Of a stretch of DNA of 16,367 nucleotides, positions 11,944 through 16,367 are shown in pieces. Position 1 is the first letter of the stretch. Every line of letters starts with the position of its first letter. Source of the DNA: a virus; IMG/VR virus record IMGVR_UViG_3300043353_000054, positions 1-16,367 of that record; one strand, given 5' to 3'. The notes under the pieces were generated by a model. The model had not been told where the DNA came from, did no database searches, and worked only from the letters and a program-made list of their open reading frames with translations. The translations under genes and the position numbers were made by a program.

Positions 11944-12429
11944 ATGGTTGCTGTTCCGCTGACTACCCCGTACACGATGTCGACCGCGACCCTGACCCTG
12001 GGCGTGGACGACTACACCGCCGCCGTCTCGCAGGCGATCTTCACCCCGTCCGTCAGCCTGTCCACGTGGCGGGGAATCGGCGGCAACCAGCTCACGTTCC
12101 CCTCGCCCGCCACGTGGACGCTGGACGTGGCGATCGCCCAGGACCTGGCCCCTGCCGGTCTGCTGCGGTACCTGCTGGACCACGCCGGCGAAGAGGTCGA
12201 CGCGACCCTGACGCCGCTGGCCGCCGAGGACCCGATCACCGCGAAGGTCATCTTGTCCCCCGGCGCGATCGGTGGGACCGCCGATGGGTCCGCCGCCGTG
12301 GCGACGATCTCCCTGGGCGTCCAGGGTGTGCCGTCGTTCGTGGTCGCCGCCGCCGCCACCAGTACGCCTGACGTACGCCAGGCGGACCAGGACGAGGTTC
12401 TCGAGTACGACGACCTGACCACCGCGTGA
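11944..12429 (+). CDS. Major tail protein (putative), 161 aa
   Basis: ATG 11944 preceded by GAAGGA. Position upstream of the tape measure, appropriate size, and a Thr/Ala/Val-rich beta-like composition. Confidence 0.65.
   Translation: MVAVPLTTPYTMSTATLTLGVDDYTAAVSQAIFTPSVSLSTWRGIGGNQLTFPSPATWTLDVAIAQDLAPAGLLRYLLDHAGEEVDATLTPLAAEDPITAKVILSPGAIGGTADGSAAVATISLGVQGVPSFVVAAAATSTPDVRQADQDEVLEYDDLTTA
12361..12402 (+). repeat. Near copy (D) of the palindromic motif plus flank, inverted partner of 2231-2269
   Basis: agt acg cct gac gta cgc cag gcg gac cag gac gag gtt matches the minus-strand sequence 2269->2231 at 33 of 39 positions. It encodes STPDVRQADQDEV versus STPDVRQAYEHEV. Confidence 0.8.
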
Positions 12430-12433
12430 CCCC

Positions 12434-12925
12434 GTGGGCACCCTGCTGACCACCGACGACCGGGCCCTGCGCGCGTGCGTGCTCGGGTTCAAGGAGCTGG
12501 ACGCGACGTACCGGCGTGAGCTGAACAAGGCCACACGCACCGTCCTGGGACCCGAGTTCGTGCGGGCCGTGGCCGCGCACGGGCGCACCAACCTGGACAC
12601 CCGGGTCCTGGTCGCCGGCGCGAAGGTCGCCGGAGGTAACCCGCCGGTCCTGGTCGCCGGGTCCTCCAGGCGTCGGATGCGCGGTGGGATGGTCCCGGAC
12701 CGGGACGCGGCCGCCGTCGAGTTCGGGACGCTGGACCGCAACCATCGCACCACCTACCAGCGGCAGGGCGCCAAGGTGACGCGCCGCACCCGGCGCCAGC
12801 TGCCGGCCCGGGTCAAGTCCGGGCGTGTGGTCATGCCGGCCGTGGCCGACGTCGTGCCCAAGGTCACGTCCATGTGGGTGCAGCAGTTCGTGCGCCTGGT
12901 CTACGAAGCGGCCGGGGAGAGCTGA
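12434..12925 (+). CDS. HK97 gp10-like tail/neck component (putative), 163 aa, in the slot usually held by tail assembly chaperones
   Basis: GTG 12434. AAVEFGT...MPAV resembles the (V/I)EFGT motif I recall for the gp10-like family. Basic central region. Confidence 0.55.
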   Translation: MGTLLTTDDRALRACVLGFKELDATYRRELNKATRTVLGPEFVRAVAAHGRTNLDTRVLVAGAKVAGGNPPVLVAGSSRRRMRGGMVPDRDAAAVEFGTLDRNHRTTYQRQGAKVTRRTRRQLPARVKSGRVVMPAVADVVPKVTSMWVQQFVRLVYEAAGES

Positions 12926-12929
12926 CCTC

Positions 12930-14633
12930 GTGGCTATCCGTATCCCGATCATCGCGGACGTCGTCGACGCGATCCGTGGCGCCAAGAAGCTGGGCGAGTC
13001 CTTCGACGATGTGGCCGACGCCCTCGATGACGTCGACCACTCCTCCGGGGACGCGACCACCGGGGCCAAGCAGCTGGACCGGGCGTACGGCGACGTTGCC
13101 GACACCCTGGGCGACGTCGACCGGCAAGCCAAGGACGCTGCCGACGGGGTAGCCGACGTCGGGGACAAGGCCGACGCGACCAAGCGTGACGCGGACGACA
13201 TGCAGAAGTCGTTCCGTGACGCGTTCGACTCGGTCCGCAAGGAGGCCACGACCGCCGGGGACAGCATCGGGGACCACGTCAAGAAGGGCACCGAGGAAGC
13301 CGACGCCGGCTTGAAGGACCTCAAGGAAGAAGCCGGCCAGACCGCCCGCGAGTCCGCCGCGTCGTTCTCCGACGTCACCTCCGCACTCGACGCGGTCCAG
13401 GAGGTCGCAGCGAACGCGTTCTCCGGGTTCGGCCCGGCCGGTGCCGCGGCCGGCATCGCCGCGGCTGTCGGGCTCGGCCTGGTCTTCAGCTCGTTGCAGA
13501 AGAACGACGAGGCTGCCCTGGCCCTCACGCAACGCATCATCGACCTGTCCCAGGAGCTGTCCGAGGTCGGTGGGGACCTGTCCAAGATCGACTTCAAGGA
13601 CAAGATCCGCGAGTGGTCCAACGAGATCAAGGACAACAAGTCATGGTGGGAGGTCTGGCAGAAGGACACCACCACCAACCTCGATGACGTCAAGGACAAG
13701 GCGGACAAGTTCGGGATCTCGTTCACGGACCTGCTGCGCGGCATGTCCGGGTCGGACTCCGACGCGGCCGCACGCTCGCTCGGTCAGATCAACGACCTGA
13801 TCACCGAGCAGAACAAGATCATCGCGGCTGCGGAGGACCCCACCAAAGCCCACACGGACGCCACGTACGGCGCGGCCGCGGCCGCCACGATGCAGGCCGA
13901 CAAGCTCGAGGACCTGCGCCGCGAGCTCCAGAAGAACTCGGGCGTCACCGACGAGGCCGTGGCCCGTCAGAAGCTGCTCGACGAGGCCCTGGGCGAGTCC
14001 GCCGCCGCCAGCGAGCACGCACGCCAGGTAGCCGAGTCCTACGCCGACGCCCTGGAGTCCACCGCCGACCCCGTGTCGGTGTACGAGGGTTTGCTGGCGT
14101 CCAAGAACGACGCCGAACGCAAGGCCGCTGAGGCGACCGCCGCGGCGACGGAGGACTCGTCGGACTCTTGGCAGGACTACGCCAAGGACGTCACGGTCAC
14201 GACGGACGACCTGATCACCGAGTGGAACCGCCAGGCCGAGCAGAACAAGGCGTTCGCGGACAACCTCGCCAAGATCGGTGCCGCCGGTGGGCAGGCACTG
14301 GCCGACGAGCTGCGCGCCAAGGGCCCCGAGGTCGCATACGCCACCGCGGCCGCGATCGCGCAGTCCGACCCGACCGTCCAGAAGGCGGCGATCGACGCGC
14401 ACGCCGCCGCCACCGGGTCCGCGGTGGGTACGAGCATCGCCGGCGGGATCAGCGGGCAGGCCGCGGCCGTGCAGAGCGCCGTGAACGGGGTGATCGCGGG
14501 GATCAAGGTCGGCAACGTGACCGTCCCGCTGAAGATCGACTTTGCGCAGGCCGTCAGGGACTACGACAACTACGTGCGCAACCTGCCCCCGGTCAGGGTC
14601 TTGGCGCACAGCTCCATGCCCCAGGCGATCTGA
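12930..14633 (+). CDS. Tape measure protein, 567 aa
   Basis: GTG 12930 preceded by GGGGAGAG. Largest tail ORF, with Ala/Asp/Lys/Glu-rich helical repeats and the hydrophobic Gly-rich segment FSGFGPAGAAAGIAAAVGLGLVFSSL. Confidence 0.88.
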   Translation: MAIRIPIIADVVDAIRGAKKLGESFDDVADALDDVDHSSGDATTGAKQLDRAYGDVADTLGDVDRQAKDAADGVADVGDKADATKRDADDMQKSFRDAFDSVRKEATTAGDSIGDHVKKGTEEADAGLKDLKEEAGQTARESAASFSDVTSALDAVQEVAANAFSGFGPAGAAAGIAAAVGLGLVFSSLQKNDEAALALTQRIIDLSQELSEVGGDLSKIDFKDKIREWSNEIKDNKSWWEVWQKDTTTNLDDVKDKADKFGISFTDLLRGMSGSDSDAAARSLGQINDLITEQNKIIAAAEDPTKAHTDATYGAAAAATMQADKLEDLRRELQKNSGVTDEAVARQKLLDEALGESAAASEHARQVAESYADALESTADPVSVYEGLLASKNDAERKAAEATAAATEDSSDSWQDYAKDVTVTTDDLITEWNRQAEQNKAFADNLAKIGAAGGQALADELRAKGPEVAYATAAAIAQSDPTVQKAAIDAHAAATGSAVGTSIAGGISGQAAAVQSAVNGVIAGIKVGNVTVPLKIDFAQAVRDYDNYVRNLPPVRVLAHSSMPQAI

Positions 14634-14992
14634 TGCCCACCACGATCACGAAGGGCGCGACAACCGTGGTGGCTCTGTTCGTCCTGGGCTGGAACACCCC
14701 GCGCACGGCCCGCACCGTCGAGCACGACGTGATCGGCAAGCCCATCCCCGACTTCACGCTGCGTCCCTCTGGCCCGCGCGGCGGGACGCTGACGTACTTC
14801 TTCGACCAGCTCACCGCCGCGCAGGCGTGCGAGACGTTGCACGCGGACGCCCCCGCACAGGTGACCGTCGCAGACCCGGGCATCCCCGCCGGAGTGCTGA
14901 CGTACGTCGTGACCGGGGACGTGACCCTGTCCGCGGCCGACGAGGCCGGCGCGGTTTGGACCGTGGCCGTAGGGTTCAGGGCCGCCGCATGA
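14633..14992 (+). CDS. Minor tail protein (distal-tail position), 119 aa
   Basis: ATG 14633 overlaps the tape-measure stop (TGATG). Its stop is in an ATGA overlap with the next gene. Confidence 0.7.
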   Translation: MPTTITKGATTVVALFVLGWNTPRTARTVEHDVIGKPIPDFTLRPSGPRGGTLTYFFDQLTAAQACETLHADAPAQVTVADPGIPAGVLTYVVTGDVTLSAADEAGAVWTVAVGFRAAA

Positions 14993-16224
14993 CGCTGTCC
15001 GCGCTGTCCGCCACCGTCAAGGTCGGGGCCCTGACGCTGCCGGTGCGCCAGGTCGCCCTGAGCGTGGACCAGACCCGGGCCCCGTTCGGCATGGCGGACC
15101 TGACGATCCCGTACGACCCGGCCACCATCGACGCCCTGGACCCGCGCACCACCCCCGCACCTCGGCTGTCCGTGACGCTGGACCGCCGGTTCGCTGACAT
15201 CTTGACCCTCGCGCGGATCAGCACGCAGTTCGCCGGCGGCACGTTGGCCGCGGTCAGCACGAAGTACATGGGTGCGACGCTGCGGGCCCTGTCCGCGGCG
15301 TACGGGACCGTCTGGAACGCGTTCGGGTTCCGCCCCCCGCAGGGCTTCACCGCCGACCTGGTCGTGCGCTCACGCGATATCGACTTCGCCGCGAACACCG
15401 TCCACGTCAGGGCCGGCACCGACGAGGCCCTCCTGCTGGACTACGGGCTGCTCGCCACGGCGCCCGTGTCCCCGGCTGCGCTGACGGTCGCGGACGCGGT
15501 ACGCCTCGCCCTGGCGTACGCCGCGCCCGGTGCGGTCCTGGTCACCACGGACGGCGCCCAGGCGATCAGCGCCGAGTCCGCCGTCTGGAAACCGGGCGTG
15601 TCCGCCTGGAACTACGCGTCCACGCTGTGCACCTCGGCCGGGCTGCGGCTGTGGTGCGACGAGCACCGGGTCTGGCGCCTGGTCGCACCCGACGCGATCA
15701 CCGCCCCCGGGCAGGTCACCCTGTCCGCGTCCGACTCCGTCACCCAGGCCGGCGACCTGATCACCCGCGAGACCGACGCCTGGTTCGACGGAGTCGTGGT
15801 CACCTACGCCTGGACGGACGCCGCGAACGTCCACCACGAACAGTCCGACATCGCCGGCCCCGCGTCCGCCTCACGCATCCTGCTCGTCCAAGAGGACCGC
15901 CCGTTCCCGCGCGCCGGCGCGGCCGCGGCACGGCTGCGCAAGGTCAAAGGACAGGGCCGCGTCCTGACGATCGACGCCGTGGCGGACCTGGCCGCCTACC
16001 CCGCAATGGCCGCCTCGTTGTCCGTCCCGAACACCCCCACCCAGACCGGGTATGTGGCCGCCGTCACCTGGACCGTGCCAGCCGATGAGATGACGGTCGC
16101 GACCCGCGGCCTGGTCGACACACCACCGACCTCGTGGGCCTACGGGAACGTCGCACAGTCCTGGACCGACGTCCCCGCAGGCATGCACTGGAACACCTTC
16201 AACTGGACAGGAGTGGCCCCCTAA
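14989..16224 (+). CDS. Minor tail protein (tail tip/hub position), 411 aa
   Basis: ATG 14989 in an ATGA overlap. Protein-like composition. Second gene after the tape measure. Confidence 0.8.
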   Translation: MTLSALSATVKVGALTLPVRQVALSVDQTRAPFGMADLTIPYDPATIDALDPRTTPAPRLSVTLDRRFADILTLARISTQFAGGTLAAVSTKYMGATLRALSAAYGTVWNAFGFRPPQGFTADLVVRSRDIDFAANTVHVRAGTDEALLLDYGLLATAPVSPAALTVADAVRLALAYAAPGAVLVTTDGAQAISAESAVWKPGVSAWNYASTLCTSAGLRLWCDEHRVWRLVAPDAITAPGQVTLSASDSVTQAGDLITRETDAWFDGVVVTYAWTDAANVHHEQSDIAGPASASRILLVQEDRPFPRAGAAAARLRKVKGQGRVLTIDAVADLAAYPAMAASLSVPNTPTQTGYVAAVTWTVPADEMTVATRGLVDTPPTSWAYGNVAQSWTDVPAGMHWNTFNWTGVAP

Positions 16225-16367
16225 TGGCGATCGGAGACAAAGCCGCAGCAGCGGGCCTGGTCGTGTACCCGCCCACCCAGGACGTACGCCTGGGGTACGA
16301 GAACGACAACCAGCGCGGCGACGAGCTCGCAACCCACATGACCGGGCCCGCCGCCCATCAGTGGGAC
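16224..16367 (+). CDS. 5' part of the junction-spanning minor tail gene (continues at base 2 after circular closure)
   Basis: ATG 16224 overlaps the upstream TAA (TAATG). GGAG at 16210-16213. MAIGDKAAAAGLVVYPPTQDVRLGYEN... runs off the window end in frame with 2-322. Confidence 0.7.
   Translation, partial: MAIGDKAAAAGLVVYPPTQDVRLGYENDNQRGDELATHMTGPAAHQWD
16241..16367 (+). repeat. Terminal overlap, copy 2 (identical to 1-127)
   Basis: Same comparison. The overlap stops exactly at the window end, typical of a circular-contig overlap. Confidence 0.97.

Larger units (their letters stand above)
1..16240. mobile_element. Complete, circularly closed genome of a small temperate tailed phage (siphovirus-type gene order), unit length 16,240 bp
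   Basis: 1-127 is identical to 16241-16367. An ORF starting at 16224 continues in frame into 2-322. Lysogeny, replication, HNH/terminase, head, tail and lysis modules are all present, with no host-like genes. Confidence 0.85.

Noticed and set aside
12825-12929. The open tape-measure frame upstream of GTG 12930 (track start 12825) as a +1 frameshift fusion with the preceding gene.
   Set aside because: The extension is Cys/Ser/Pro/Arg-rich shadow with no slippery sequence. GTG 12930 has a good GGGGAGAG SD.

Overview
The window is one complete, circularly closed replicon. Bases 1-127 recur exactly at 16241-16367, so the unique sequence is 16,240 bp. A tail gene starting at 16224 runs in frame across the junction to 322. 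It is a very compact, high-GC temperate tailed phage with GC3-rich, actinobacterial-style codon usage. It has about 28 tightly packed, mostly translationally coupled genes and no host DNA. The rightward arm (4353 -> junction -> 1707) holds a Cro/excisionase-type HTH, a winged-helix putative replication initiator, small Cys-containing ORFs and an HNH endonuclease. These are followed by a pyrimidine/AT-rich candidate cos spacer, small and large terminase, portal, fused prohead protease-major capsid, connector proteins, major tail, a gp10-like protein, tape measure and four minor tail proteins. The arm ends with an M15 (VanY-type) endolysin carrying its own C-terminal two-TM module. The leftward arm (4258 -> 1704) holds an XRE repressor, a small ORF, a tyrosine integrase, then a four-gene accessory cassette: two small acidic proteins, a tandem-HTH protein and a 38-aa membrane peptide. 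Three things stand out. (i) The attP core, readable as the 3' end of a tRNA (T arm plus acceptor), lies inside the 3' part of the repressor ORF, which is the architecture of integration-dependent immunity. (ii) A 17-bp perfect palindrome within a 24-bp motif occurs twice in the tandem-HTH gene, with near copies in three tail genes, always in the same reading frame and co-oriented with transcription. (iii) The protease-capsid and endolysin-TM fusions each contain an in-frame internal SD+ATG. All functional calls come from reading motifs in the translations; no database search was possible.
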